From IMG/VR virus record IMGVR_UViG_3300028844_004234: a stretch of 64,000 nt of DNA; one strand, 5' to 3'. The stretch is from an uncultured virus (IMG/VR IMGVR_UViG_3300028844_004234) (taxonomy: Duplodnaviria > Heunggongvirae > Uroviricota > Caudoviricetes). The notes beneath the pieces were generated by a model, which was given only the letters and a program-made list of their open reading frames with translations, made no database searches and was not told the DNA's origin. Made by a program: the position numbers and the translations under genes. Shown piece after piece: positions 38,071-48,049 of this stretch; the stretch's first letter is position 1; every line of letters begins with the position of its first letter.

Positions 38071-39792
38071 ATGGATTATAGTTATATTGATGTCACGGAC
38101 AACAAAGAAAATGTCGTTGTTTGGTGTCGTGACATGTCGGGAACACTCATAAAGAAAGAACACCCGATAGAAGAGTTTCTGTACTGTTTCACTATCTCAA
38201 ATACGGGGGAGACCGAATACAAAGACATTTATGGGGCACCTCTGAGGAAAGTCACATTCAACGACAAATGGGAAATGCGGGACTATAGCAAGACTCATGA
38301 CGGTTTATGTGAGTCTGACGTACAACCATCATACAAGGCTCTGCTGGACATGTTTGCCGAAGCTCCTACGAATGCCCCATATAATGTTCTCTATTATGAT
38401 ATTGAGAACGACTTTGACCTTTCGGATGGACGTGGATATCCACTACCCAGCAACCCGTTCGCACCAATTAACAGCTTCCAATTTTACGACTCGAACACCA
38501 AGACGTATGGGGTTGTGTATGTCTGTGACAAGCCGTTTAAAAAGACCGTAGACCCAGACGGTGATGATGTTGAATTTATCAAGTGTAAAGATGAGCGAGA
38601 GCTTATCCTGACGGTTGCGAACCTCCTTGATGTGCTTGATGTTGATATCATGACTGGGTGGAACGTTGATGGATATGACTTACCGATGATCATGGCACGG
38701 GCGTCAATTCTGTTTGGTGAGAGTCAGGCAAAGACCATGTTTTGCCGTAACGGGTTTCCTGCAAGGAAGAGGGAATATATTGATGACTTCGGTGGGGATG
38801 CTGTTAAGTGGACATTGGTTGGACGCCAGCACCTCGATATGATGGAACTCTACAAGAAGTTCATTCCATCTGAGAAGAAGTCTTTCAGTCTGTCGAATGT
38901 GTGTAAGGAAGACCTTGGGGTTGATAAGGTCAACTATGATGGTGACCTCGGTGAACTTTATAGGACGAACCCAGACAAGTTTTTTGAATATGCTTTCTGG
39001 GATGCTAAACTACTTAGGATGTTGGACGAGAAACATGAAATCATCCGTTTGGCTGTGACACTGGCACGTATGAACTGTGTGAAACCCTCGGATGTAACCG
39101 GTGCAGTGAAACCCATTGAGTCAGGTATCATGAAATACGCACATAAAGACGGTATCAGATTGCCAGACAAGAAGGATAACAGTAAAGAGAAGTTCGAAGG
39201 TGCTATTGTATATGATACTATTGCAGGAAGACATGGTTGGGTATCCACTATTGACTTGAACCAATTGTATCCAGCAACTCTTATGATGTTGGGACTGTCA
39301 CCTGATACGATGATAATGGAACTTGACGACGGTTATGAAGGCTATGTCAAGGTTATGTCAAAGAGTGAAGAGGTTATCGGTGTGAAGATCTTGGATAGGG
39401 GAATCGAGTCGGAACATGTTGAAGTGAAGGCGTCCGAGATTGAGTCTGTCATAAGAGAGAACGGGTATACCCTGTCTGCTGCTGGTATTGTGTTTAGTGG
39501 TAAGTTCGGTTTTCTCGCCAGTTATGTGAAATATGTAACAGATCAGAGGTCTGTCTATAAGAAGAAGATGAAAGAAGCGCTTAATGCCAATAATGAATAT
39601 GAATATGAGTTGAATAACCTATATCAGAAAGTTATTAAGATCCTTGCGAACTCAATCTATGGGTGCTCGGGTGAGGTGTCTTTCCGGTTGTTTGACTTAC
39701 GTTTGAGTCGTAGTATAACATTGACAGCCCGAATCATTTCTAAATGGCAGGCATGGAAAGGTAATGATGTCATAAATTTGTTGAAAGGGTAA
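38071..39792 (+). CDS. Family B DNA polymerase, N-terminal subunit (exonuclease, motifs A and B)
   Basis: YDIE, GWNVDGYD, YAFWDA, DLNQLYP, KILANSIYG; start ATG 38071 after GAGG. Confidence 0.92.
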   Translation: MDYSYIDVTDNKENVVVWCRDMSGTLIKKEHPIEEFLYCFTISNTGETEYKDIYGAPLRKVTFNDKWEMRDYSKTHDGLCESDVQPSYKALLDMFAEAPTNAPYNVLYYDIENDFDLSDGRGYPLPSNPFAPINSFQFYDSNTKTYGVVYVCDKPFKKTVDPDGDDVEFIKCKDERELILTVANLLDVLDVDIMTGWNVDGYDLPMIMARASILFGESQAKTMFCRNGFPARKREYIDDFGGDAVKWTLVGRQHLDMMELYKKFIPSEKKSFSLSNVCKEDLGVDKVNYDGDLGELYRTNPDKFFEYAFWDAKLLRMLDEKHEIIRLAVTLARMNCVKPSDVTGAVKPIESGIMKYAHKDGIRLPDKKDNSKEKFEGAIVYDTIAGRHGWVSTIDLNQLYPATLMMLGLSPDTMIMELDDGYEGYVKVMSKSEEVIGVKILDRGIESEHVEVKASEIESVIRENGYTLSAAGIVFSGKFGFLASYVKYVTDQRSVYKKKMKEALNANNEYEYELNNLYQKVIKILANSIYGCSGEVSFRLFDLRLSRSITLTARIISKWQAWKGNDVINLLKG

Positions 39793-39799
39793 AGAAGAT

Positions 39800-40720
39800 A
39801 TGGTATATGAAGATTTTAGAGAAGACCAGAAGAAACCCAATACCTGTTGGTGTTGGGTTCCAGATGAGGTTGGTGGGTTTTCATGGGAAGAAGCGTGGTT
39901 GAACAATGTTGTGGCTGGTGACACCGACTCTGCCATGTTCTCACTGTCATCACTGTTTGATGATGACCATTCTGATATTGATGAGGTGGTAGAAGTTGCG
40001 GATGCTATTGGGGAAATAGCGAACGACTCATTTTCAGATTTTTGTAAATTTGCATTTAACTGCCCAGACGACAGAACGTTTTTCATCAAGACGGAACGTG
40101 AGGTGGTATCGGATAAATCCCTGTTTCTGTCTAAGAAACGATATATAATGCATATCGTCGATAACGAGGGTGAGCGATGTGACAAGTTGAAGATACAAGG
40201 TGTCGAACTCAAAAAATCAGATACATCCATCGCCGTCAAGGACATGCTCAATGAGCTTGTTATGATGATATTGGACAATAAGGGAATGGCCGATGTTGTG
40301 GGTCGTGTGTCTCAGATGCGGAACGAGTTTAAGAAACGAACGGTACATGAGATTGCTGTTCCGTGTAACACAAAGACACTGACAAAAGTTCAAAAAGGTT
40401 ATGAGGTGACTGGGAGCCTCAAAGGTGCTCATTATTCGGCCAAGTCTGCATTTTGGTGGAATAAGATGAAAACCCCACAAGACCAAGAGGTATTCGCTGG
40501 GCAGAAAGTCGGTCTTGTGTATGTTAACCACCCAAAATTTGATAGCATCGGGTTCCCAATTGACCTTGAGACCCTGCCTGAGTGGTTCACCAGTATCCCT
40601 ATTGATTACAATACTATGTGGGAGAAGGCATATAAAAAGTTGACAAACTATCTCAAGGCTGTAGAATGGGATATAGAATCTCGTAGAGAGAACAAGAAGA
40701 AAGAACTATTTGGATTTTAA
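39800..40720 (+). CDS. Family B DNA polymerase, C-terminal subunit (motif C, thumb)
   Basis: GDTDS, KKRY, KIQGVE; ends LFGF like the T4 clamp-binding tail. Confidence 0.9.
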   Translation: MVYEDFREDQKKPNTCWCWVPDEVGGFSWEEAWLNNVVAGDTDSAMFSLSSLFDDDHSDIDEVVEVADAIGEIANDSFSDFCKFAFNCPDDRTFFIKTEREVVSDKSLFLSKKRYIMHIVDNEGERCDKLKIQGVELKKSDTSIAVKDMLNELVMMILDNKGMADVVGRVSQMRNEFKKRTVHEIAVPCNTKTLTKVQKGYEVTGSLKGAHYSAKSAFWWNKMKTPQDQEVFAGQKVGLVYVNHPKFDSIGFPIDLETLPEWFTSIPIDYNTMWEKAYKKLTNYLKAVEWDIESRRENKKKELFGF

Positions 40721-40735
40721 TGGACGGTTTAAAAT

Positions 40736-42787
40736 ATGTTTAATATTGTTGGCGTCAAAGGCGCAAAAACGGCTGTATCAAAAGAAGCATGTCACTACGT
40801 ATATCTCGTTGATTGCTCATATAGCATGAGTGGTGACCTTGAAAATATCCGTGATCATCTGAAAACGATCATGATGAATCTTGTGTCGGAAGATGACCGG
40901 CTTAGTGTTGTTTACTTCTCTGGTAAGGGGCAGGTTGGTACTGTCTTTGAGAATGTCCAAATCAACGAACATACCGTGTCATTGCAGAACAGTGTCATCG
41001 ATTCAAACCTTAAACCGATTGGCATGACGTGTTTCAAAGATGCGCTTGATTATGCCATTGGTGTTTCTGAGAGAGACGGCAGTCCCATCACAAAATGTCT
41101 CGTGATGTTGACTGATGGCTACGATAACCAATCTGGTAAAGACGTTGTTCGGGATACGGCACAGACCGCAGCTCAACACTTCGACTCTATCGCATTCTTG
41201 GAATATGGGTGGTATGCAGACCGTGAACTACTTTCTGAACTAGCTCATAAAGTTGGTGGTGCACATGTATTTTCTGAGGGACACACCCAATACAATAAGG
41301 CGATTGAAACCTCTTTTAAATCAGCCCCTCGTGAGAAGATGGTAGAAATTCCTGTTGGTGAACTCAAATGTGATATTGTATACATCCACAACGGTATGAT
41401 CAAGATCACGTCGGTGTCAAACGGTGTTATAAAAGTACCGGAGACACTGCACTGGTTCTATCAAATCATGCCAGACGAACACATTCCTGAACATGCCGGT
41501 GAAAACCAGCTTTATATGATGCTGTATTACGCTGTGTCTGTTGGTAATGATGAGCTGTGTTGGGATGTTCTGAAACGTCTAGGTGATGTTTGTCTAATTG
41601 ACGAATATACGAATGCATTCACAAAACAAGAACTTACAGAGTTCAAGGATCATGTCGAAACATGTGTTTTCGATGTTGATGCTAGGTTTGTTGATGGGGT
41701 GGACCATGACAAAGTACCATCGAAAGACTGTTTGACGGTTGTTGATGTAATTGAACATCTGTCTACTACCGGTGCCGAGATGATCACAGATTCTCCATAT
41801 TTCTCTTACAATCGCATTGGGCGAAAGAAAAAAGAAGAAGAAGGAGAACTCCCACGCTTCACGAAAGCACCAAAATCTGCATTCTCTATGACAAACATTG
41901 TATACAACAAGTCTCGACCAAATGTAAGTGTTCAGGTCACCGTTGATGGAACTGTTGAAGTACCGGAGAATGAGTTCGGGGTTCAGTATGTACCGAGTAA
42001 GATCATTCGGAATTATGCTATCATCCGTGATGGTATTTTGAACATGAGCGATTTACCTGTTGTGATCAATGATGAATGTGTTGATTGGTTGAACGAAAAT
42101 GATGTAAAATACACACCAATCAGTGAAAATGGTGGTGAACACTACGTCGTTGTTCATCTTAACACGCTACCGGTTATCAACCGTGCAAGTGTTGAAAATA
42201 TTAACCTTGAGGATTTCAAGAATCTCATTGGTAAACAGCAGGAGCTACAGGCAATCCTTAAAGCCGCGAACCACAAGATGGTAGAGCTGAATGGTGATGA
42301 TCGAGGTAAGACCGAAGGACTTAAAGAGGTTTACGGAGTAGATGCTGCGAAATGGTTGTCAAGTATCGGTGTTCGTGATTACGGTTTTTCGCCGAAGGTC
42401 AAGTCACAAGACGTAGAAGATGTGTATGTGTCCATTGAGGTGAATACCAAGATTAAAGGTTTGAGTTCACTGCCTTCATTCAATGCACTCAACAAGAAGA
42501 TCGACGGCGACAAGAAACTCAACATTGCAGATAAAACTCTGCGGCACGGAGTTTATGCGGTGAAAGCTCTCATGGAGATTAACGACGACAACATTTACAA
42601 CGTTGTCACCAGTACGAAGGCGGCGTTGAGAAATGTCAACGTTCAACTGGCGAAATACATTTATGCACTTGTACTGGGTCGTAAGTGGTTCGATGGACAG
42701 GATGAACCGTTTGAGACTCCTATTACCATCTTCGGAGAAGAAAGTACGTTAACCGTTTCTAAAGATCGAAAAGAAGTAAAAATTTAA
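40736..42787 (+). CDS. vWA-domain protein
   Basis: DCSYSM MIDAS, G.T, LTDGYDN. Confidence 0.8.
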   Translation: MFNIVGVKGAKTAVSKEACHYVYLVDCSYSMSGDLENIRDHLKTIMMNLVSEDDRLSVVYFSGKGQVGTVFENVQINEHTVSLQNSVIDSNLKPIGMTCFKDALDYAIGVSERDGSPITKCLVMLTDGYDNQSGKDVVRDTAQTAAQHFDSIAFLEYGWYADRELLSELAHKVGGAHVFSEGHTQYNKAIETSFKSAPREKMVEIPVGELKCDIVYIHNGMIKITSVSNGVIKVPETLHWFYQIMPDEHIPEHAGENQLYMMLYYAVSVGNDELCWDVLKRLGDVCLIDEYTNAFTKQELTEFKDHVETCVFDVDARFVDGVDHDKVPSKDCLTVVDVIEHLSTTGAEMITDSPYFSYNRIGRKKKEEEGELPRFTKAPKSAFSMTNIVYNKSRPNVSVQVTVDGTVEVPENEFGVQYVPSKIIRNYAIIRDGILNMSDLPVVINDECVDWLNENDVKYTPISENGGEHYVVVHLNTLPVINRASVENINLEDFKNLIGKQQELQAILKAANHKMVELNGDDRGKTEGLKEVYGVDAAKWLSSIGVRDYGFSPKVKSQDVEDVYVSIEVNTKIKGLSSLPSFNALNKKIDGDKKLNIADKTLRHGVYAVKALMEINDDNIYNVVTSTKAALRNVNVQLAKYIYALVLGRKWFDGQDEPFETPITIFGEESTLTVSKDRKEVKI

Positions 42788-42832
42788 TGGGAGGGGTGAA
42801 TTATTCACCCCTTAGTTTCGGGAACTGATAAT

Positions 42833-44221
42833 ATGTTTCAAGTGATTGATGAGATCATTACCGATCTCAAAAACATTAGCAAAACAACAGAAAAAGTGAA
42901 ATACATCGCCAGCCTTGGTGACGAAGAAAAGCGAGCATTCTCATCTTATTGCCATGTTGTTCTTGACACGACGTTTTTACAGTATAATGTGTCGGAGTCG
43001 TGGTTGAAGAAACAAGACATACCGTCCTCAGATGAAGTAGAATTGGATTTCAAAGAAACCATTGACTACTTTCTTGCGATGGGCGTTACCTCTGGTTTTA
43101 ACAATAACACCGAGAAGGAAAAATTGCTTGGGATCTTCGGTAGTCTGCCTGAGAAGTATCATCACATAATCCATAGCATAATCAACCGAAAAATGCGGTG
43201 TGGTGTGTCTGTCAATACCATCAATAAGGCGGTTGGGGAAGAGGTCGTCTTCATCCCTCCATATATGCGTTGTGATAAGTTGACAGAAAGAACGTTTAAC
43301 AAAATCGGTGATACCTTTATGGTCCAACCAAAGGTCGATGGTCTTTTCGTTAATATGGTCATTCATCCTAATGATGGTATTTGGTTTTTCACACGGCAAT
43401 GGAAAGATATTACAGAAAAAGTCATTGACCGAGAACGACATGACGACCTTATTGAGGCATACAATGCGGTTGGCATCAAGCACCCAGTCGTTATTCATGG
43501 TGAACTGATCGTAATGGACGATGACAGGGTTTTGCCTCGTGAAGAGGGTAATGGGTATATCAATTCCGATAACCCCGACAAGGACCGGCTTCACCTCGTT
43601 GCGTGGGATTGTGTACCTTTGGATGACTTTTTCAATAAGAAGTCAGAAGAACCGTACAAGAAAAGATTACAGATGCTTGGTCATGTATTTGCACAGGCGA
43701 AGTTCTTTCACAGTGGGATGGAAGTAATCAAGACCATTGAGTGTTCAACGATAGAAGAGGTTAAGGAAAACTTTCAGGAGATCGTAAAAACCGGTGGTGA
43801 AGGGCTTGTCATTAAGAAAATTGATGGCATGTGGAAACATGGTACATCGAGAGAACAACTCAAGGTTAAGGTAGCTGTTGACTGTGACCTAAAAATTGTT
43901 GAATGGAAAGAAGGGCTGGGCAAATATTCCGGTATGGTAGGTTCTATACGGGTACAGTCTTCTGATGGTATCATTGACACATGGGTCGGGTCGGGACTAT
44001 CGGATGATATCAGAAAGAAAACCAAAATCTTTGATGATGCAATCGAGTCTTCTAAGATTGTCTGTGTTCGGTATAATGATGTTGTTGAGAGTGAAAATGC
44101 GGATAGGGTTGGTTTGAAATCACTGTACTTGCCACGTTTTATTGAAATTCGTGAGGATAAGACGGAAGCAGATAGTTTCCAGAGAGTGGTTGCTCAATTG
44201 GAGCAAATCGACCTGTTTTGA
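42833..44221 (+). CDS. ATP-dependent DNA ligase (gp30-like)
   Basis: KVDG, HGEL, WD, EGLVIK, KVK, VGSG, LPRF..IREDK. Confidence 0.93.
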   Translation: MFQVIDEIITDLKNISKTTEKVKYIASLGDEEKRAFSSYCHVVLDTTFLQYNVSESWLKKQDIPSSDEVELDFKETIDYFLAMGVTSGFNNNTEKEKLLGIFGSLPEKYHHIIHSIINRKMRCGVSVNTINKAVGEEVVFIPPYMRCDKLTERTFNKIGDTFMVQPKVDGLFVNMVIHPNDGIWFFTRQWKDITEKVIDRERHDDLIEAYNAVGIKHPVVIHGELIVMDDDRVLPREEGNGYINSDNPDKDRLHLVAWDCVPLDDFFNKKSEEPYKKRLQMLGHVFAQAKFFHSGMEVIKTIECSTIEEVKENFQEIVKTGGEGLVIKKIDGMWKHGTSREQLKVKVAVDCDLKIVEWKEGLGKYSGMVGSIRVQSSDGIIDTWVGSGLSDDIRKKTKIFDDAIESSKIVCVRYNDVVESENADRVGLKSLYLPRFIEIREDKTEADSFQRVVAQLEQIDLF

Positions 44222-44268
44222 TGGAGGTATAAATAATTGCACTTACTTGATGTTACCTTGATGGAGTT

Positions 44269-44526
44269 GTGATGGAAGTTGAAATTTATGGTAAAGATGG
44301 GTGCAAATACTGTGCAAATGCCAAAACCATGTGTGAGATGACAAAGACAAATTTTGTTTATAAAAACCTTGACAAAGGTGAATATAAAAAGGAAGATCTA
44401 TTGACCCGCATGGGTTTGGTAGAAAACACTCATATCACATTACCCCAGTGTTTCGTTGATGGGGTACTTGTTGGTGGGTCAACTGAGTTGTTTGCGTTTC
44501 TCTCAGCCCAAAGAAAAAGCGCATAA
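44269..44526 (+). CDS. Glutaredoxin
   Basis: CKYC, TLPQ, VGG. Confidence 0.9.
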   Translation: MMEVEIYGKDGCKYCANAKTMCEMTKTNFVYKNLDKGEYKKEDLLTRMGLVENTHITLPQCFVDGVLVGGSTELFAFLSAQRKSA

Positions 44527-44596
44527 ATGGTGAACGTGGGTTTTCGTTTCTGAGACCAACGTAATTAAAATTCTTTCTTTAAAAGGAGAAAATAAA

Positions 44597-44998
44597 ATGA
44601 GCATTGCTAACAATCCAAATTATCGTCGTATCCCAATTAACACTGCATTTGAAATCGTAGAAGATATTTTTTCGAGTACTAAAACATCGAATTATCCACC
44701 ATATAATGTGGTTAAGGAAGATGTTGGTAAGTACCGTGTCGAGGTAGTGACCAACGGTGCCCGTAAAGAAGATCTTTCTGTTAAAGTCGTCGGTGATCGC
44801 CTAATTGTTAAATATAACGCACCTGCAAATCGAGACGAGGGTGTGAACTATATTCACAAAGGCATCAGCACCAAGTCATTCAATCTTGAACTCAAATCGG
44901 TTGAACCCCTCAAGGTCACTTCTGCCAAATTGGTTGATGGTATCCTTCTGATCAATATTGAGGATGATATCGATTCACATTCAGTCAATATCGAATAG
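44597..44998 (+). CDS. Small heat-shock protein (Hsp20/IbpA-like)
   Basis: YPPYNV, YIHKGIS..SF, A.LVDGIL.I. Confidence 0.9.
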   Translation: MSIANNPNYRRIPINTAFEIVEDIFSSTKTSNYPPYNVVKEDVGKYRVEVVTNGARKEDLSVKVVGDRLIVKYNAPANRDEGVNYIHKGISTKSFNLELKSVEPLKVTSAKLVDGILLINIEDDIDSHSVNIE

Positions 44999-45017
44999 AC
45001 AGTAAAATAAAACTACG

Positions 45018-45065
45018 AAAAGCCCAATGTTCTACTTGACATTGGGCTTTTTTGTTTGTTAGTAT
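45018..45065 (+). promoter_or_regulatory. Terminator fused with a sigma70 promoter
   Basis: AAAAGCCCAATGT-8-ACATTGGGCTTTT; TTGACA 45036 -18- TAGTAT with extended TG. Confidence 0.75.
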
Positions 45066-45091
45066 ATAGGAAATCAAATCGAGAGAGGGTT

Positions 45092-45406
45092 GTGACGGTG
45101 GCTATTGAAATCAGAGAGACGATTATCATTGAGGACGGTCGTATCCACGAAATATGGTCTCGGTATTTCAGTCTGATTGCAGAAGACAGTGGATCGTGGT
45201 GTGAAATGTTCAAAACACGCGGGTACAGACGTAGACAAGAGGCTGCTGATCGGATATCTTATTACGGTCATCGGATCATCAAGCGGATGATCGAACGCGA
45301 AGGATTGGAATGGGAGAGCTGGAAAGTACTGCGACGTGGTAGGAACGACCTTACATCAGTACAGACTCGTTCTGATCAGTATTATGAAATCGTGAGAATA
45401 AAGTGA
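45092..45406 (+). CDS. Hypothetical protein
   Basis: RBS GAGAGG before GTG 45092/45098. Confidence 0.55.
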   Translation: MTVAIEIRETIIIEDGRIHEIWSRYFSLIAEDSGSWCEMFKTRGYRRRQEAADRISYYGHRIIKRMIEREGLEWESWKVLRRGRNDLTSVQTRSDQYYEIVRIK

Positions 45407-45407
45407 T

Positions 45408-45641
45408 ATGGACCTAGCAACAGCTCTTGATATATGCAATAATATGGCTTCTCATAGTGAAATTAAAAATTCTGAGAGTGATTACCAGAGGTTGGTATCA
45501 GCAGTGGCTGTACTGACGGATAGGGTTACGGAACTTGAGAATGAAATGGTGCTATGTGCCGAAATCATTGATGAACAAACGAATCTACATCCAATGGCAG
45601 CAATCATGAAAGATATTGCAAAGGGGTATAAAAGTGAATAA
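45408..45641 (+). CDS. Hypothetical protein
   Basis: In operon. Confidence 0.6.
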   Translation: MDLATALDICNNMASHSEIKNSESDYQRLVSAVAVLTDRVTELENEMVLCAEIIDEQTNLHPMAAIMKDIAKGYKSE

Positions 45642-46779
45642 TCTCGTAGCGTGGTTCAAAGAGAATGGATACAAATCAGTTAGCCAAGGCGCTCCTGCTC
45701 TGACAGAAGAACTTGGTATCAAGGTGAAAGAGTATCCCGAACATGGTCTGTATGTTTTCAACTACTGTCAGATCGAATCACCGAAAACACATCCAGTTGT
45801 GATGGAATGTCGTGGATTGATTTTGAAGAACGACTTCACACCGGTTTGTCGCCCATTTGATCGGTTCTTCAATCACGGTGAAGCGTTGAACGTCACAGGG
45901 GACTTTGATATTGGTTCATCTCACATCTATGAGAAGCTGGACGGTAGCCTTGTTAAAATGTACTTCTATGATGGTAAATGGCGTGTTGCCACCCGTGGTA
46001 CTGCATTTGCCGAATCAGAGAACTATACTGGTGATTTGTTTGAGTCTCTGATTGTGAAAGCATTTGGCTGCGACGACATTGACGATCTTGACGGGAAGCT
46101 CAAGACCATTGCTCTTGCTACAGATTGTACTTATATTTTTGAGTACACATCACCCAATAACAGAATTGTCACACCTTATACAGAGGATAAAATGTATCTT
46201 CTGGGCATCCGACATAATGTGCGCGGTAATGAATTTAAGAGCGTGATGCACTTCTGGTCTTATGAAATGCAGGAAGTTGGACTTAATGTAGAGTTACCGA
46301 AACGATACAGGTTCTCATCTGCGGACGAAATGAGGGAGTTTGTAAATTCTCTCGGTGGTCTGAAAGAGGGTGTTGTTGCACATGATACAAAAAACGATAT
46401 TCGTGTGAAGATGAAGGCTGAACAATATGTTGCTGTTCATCGTCTCCGTGGGGAGAATGTGCCAACTCCGAAACGAATCATGGAACTTGTGGTAACGAAT
46501 GAGACCGAGGAATATCTTGCATACTTCCCTGAAGAGCGGGAACGGTTTGCTCCTTATATGTCAAAGTGGGCAGCGGTTCAAGGTGAAGTAGATTTCATCT
46601 ACAAATCACATGAACATATAAAAGACCAGAAAGAGTTTGCATTGTCTGTCAAGGATTACCCGTTCTCATTCATATTGTTTCAGGCTCGTGCGAAAAAACA
46701 AACTCCGCAACATGTTTTGGTATTGACAGATGCAAACAAGAAGGTTAAACTTCTTTCAACTTATATGGGTATTGGGTGA
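45634..46779 (+). CDS. rnlA: RNA ligase 1 (T4 RnlA-like)
   Basis: ECRGLIL, FDRFFN.GE, EKLDGS, ATRG, FEYTSP.NRIV, EGVV, VKMK. Confidence 0.9.
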   Translation: MNNLVAWFKENGYKSVSQGAPALTEELGIKVKEYPEHGLYVFNYCQIESPKTHPVVMECRGLILKNDFTPVCRPFDRFFNHGEALNVTGDFDIGSSHIYEKLDGSLVKMYFYDGKWRVATRGTAFAESENYTGDLFESLIVKAFGCDDIDDLDGKLKTIALATDCTYIFEYTSPNNRIVTPYTEDKMYLLGIRHNVRGNEFKSVMHFWSYEMQEVGLNVELPKRYRFSSADEMREFVNSLGGLKEGVVAHDTKNDIRVKMKAEQYVAVHRLRGENVPTPKRIMELVVTNETEEYLAYFPEERERFAPYMSKWAAVQGEVDFIYKSHEHIKDQKEFALSVKDYPFSFILFQARAKKQTPQHVLVLTDANKKVKLLSTYMGIG

Positions 46780-47060
46780 TTATGAACATTCATATTACAG
46801 ATACGTTCAGAATATCTGTTGATGAATTCGGTAAACACCAACCTGAGTATATCAAGGTGATTGCGAAGGACAGATGGACAGGATGGGTCTCTTCTGGTGT
46901 GGTCTGTAACAATGTGGCCGGTGCTGTCCAATGGGGGATCGAGAACGGCCACATTGATCCCGATTGCATCCTGTATGGTAGTGATGACTTGACAATTGGT
47001 GACTATCTTGGTATATTGAATAAGAATATGATGAGATGGAATCTTTCTGCAACTCGATAA
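46776..47060 (+). CDS. Hypothetical protein
   Basis: GTGA overlap; in operon. Confidence 0.55.
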   Translation: MIMNIHITDTFRISVDEFGKHQPEYIKVIAKDRWTGWVSSGVVCNNVAGAVQWGIENGHIDPDCILYGSDDLTIGDYLGILNKNMMRWNLSATR

Positions 47061-47080
47061 TGTTTTTGGAGAGGGTAAAA

Positions 47081-47968
47081 ATGAAAGCGATTGTTACTAT
47101 CGGTATTCCTTGTTCTGGTAAGAGCACTTGGGCCGAGCAATATTGCAAAGAGACTGGTGCTAAAGAAATCAACCGTGACAATGCCCGTATGCTTCTGTTC
47201 AAACTTGAACGGTATGATGATTACAAATTCTCAAAAGTGAACGAAGAGAAAGTCACTGATTTTTGTAATGACATGATCAATAAGGCGGCAATGAGTGGTT
47301 GTGATGTTGTTATCTCTGATACCAACATTAATGAGAAGTTTCGTGAGAAGCTAATCAACCACCTCGAATTCATGGGTTTTGATGTTGAACTTAAAGTCTT
47401 TGACATTGAGTTCTTCGATGCACTGAAACGCAATGACAAGCGAACGGATAAAAAGATCCCCCGTATTGTGATGTACGATATGTACCGTCGCTTTATGGAT
47501 TATAAAGAAAGTATTGGCGAGTGGAGAAAGTATGAAGCAAACGAGACGAACCCAAGTGCTTATATTGTTGACATTGATGGCACTATTGCACACAACGATG
47601 GGGATCGCGGTTTTTATGAGTGGATGAGTGTTGGTAGGGATAAACCAATCGAACAGACAATCCACATCACAAATACGCTCTATCAACAGGGACATAAGAT
47701 CATCCTTTTGTCTGGTCGAGATGAAGTCTGTCGAACAGAGACCGAGGATTGGTGTGATAGGCATGGTGTCAAATATGACTGGTTGTACATGCGACCGGAA
47801 GGTTGCACTGATAAAGATCGCTTCGTGAAGCATAAACTGTTTACGGATCATGTAGAACCGTATTACAATGTTCAGGCTGTCTTTGACGACCGTCCACAGG
47901 TTGCACTTCTGTGGCACGATCTCGGTCTTCATATCTTCAAGGTTGGAGACCCAATGAGGGAGTTTTGA
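47081..47968 (+). CDS. pseT: Polynucleotide 5'-kinase/3'-phosphatase
   Basis: GIPCSGKSTW, NRD, SDTN; HAD motif DIDGT, SGR, FDDR. Confidence 0.93.
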   Translation: MKAIVTIGIPCSGKSTWAEQYCKETGAKEINRDNARMLLFKLERYDDYKFSKVNEEKVTDFCNDMINKAAMSGCDVVISDTNINEKFREKLINHLEFMGFDVELKVFDIEFFDALKRNDKRTDKKIPRIVMYDMYRRFMDYKESIGEWRKYEANETNPSAYIVDIDGTIAHNDGDRGFYEWMSVGRDKPIEQTIHITNTLYQQGHKIILLSGRDEVCRTETEDWCDRHGVKYDWLYMRPEGCTDKDRFVKHKLFTDHVEPYYNVQAVFDDRPQVALLWHDLGLHIFKVGDPMREF

Positions 47969-47981
47969 TGTACCAATGATA

Positions 47982-48020
47982 AACAATGTGGGCGGTTCTT
48001 TTTGGATCGCCCACATTGTT
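47982..48020. terminator. Long hairpin after pseT
   Basis: AACAATGTGGGCG...CGCCCACATTGTT; weak U tract. Confidence 0.5.
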
Positions 48021-48049
48021 CTTAAAATGTGAATACATGGGAGAAAAGA

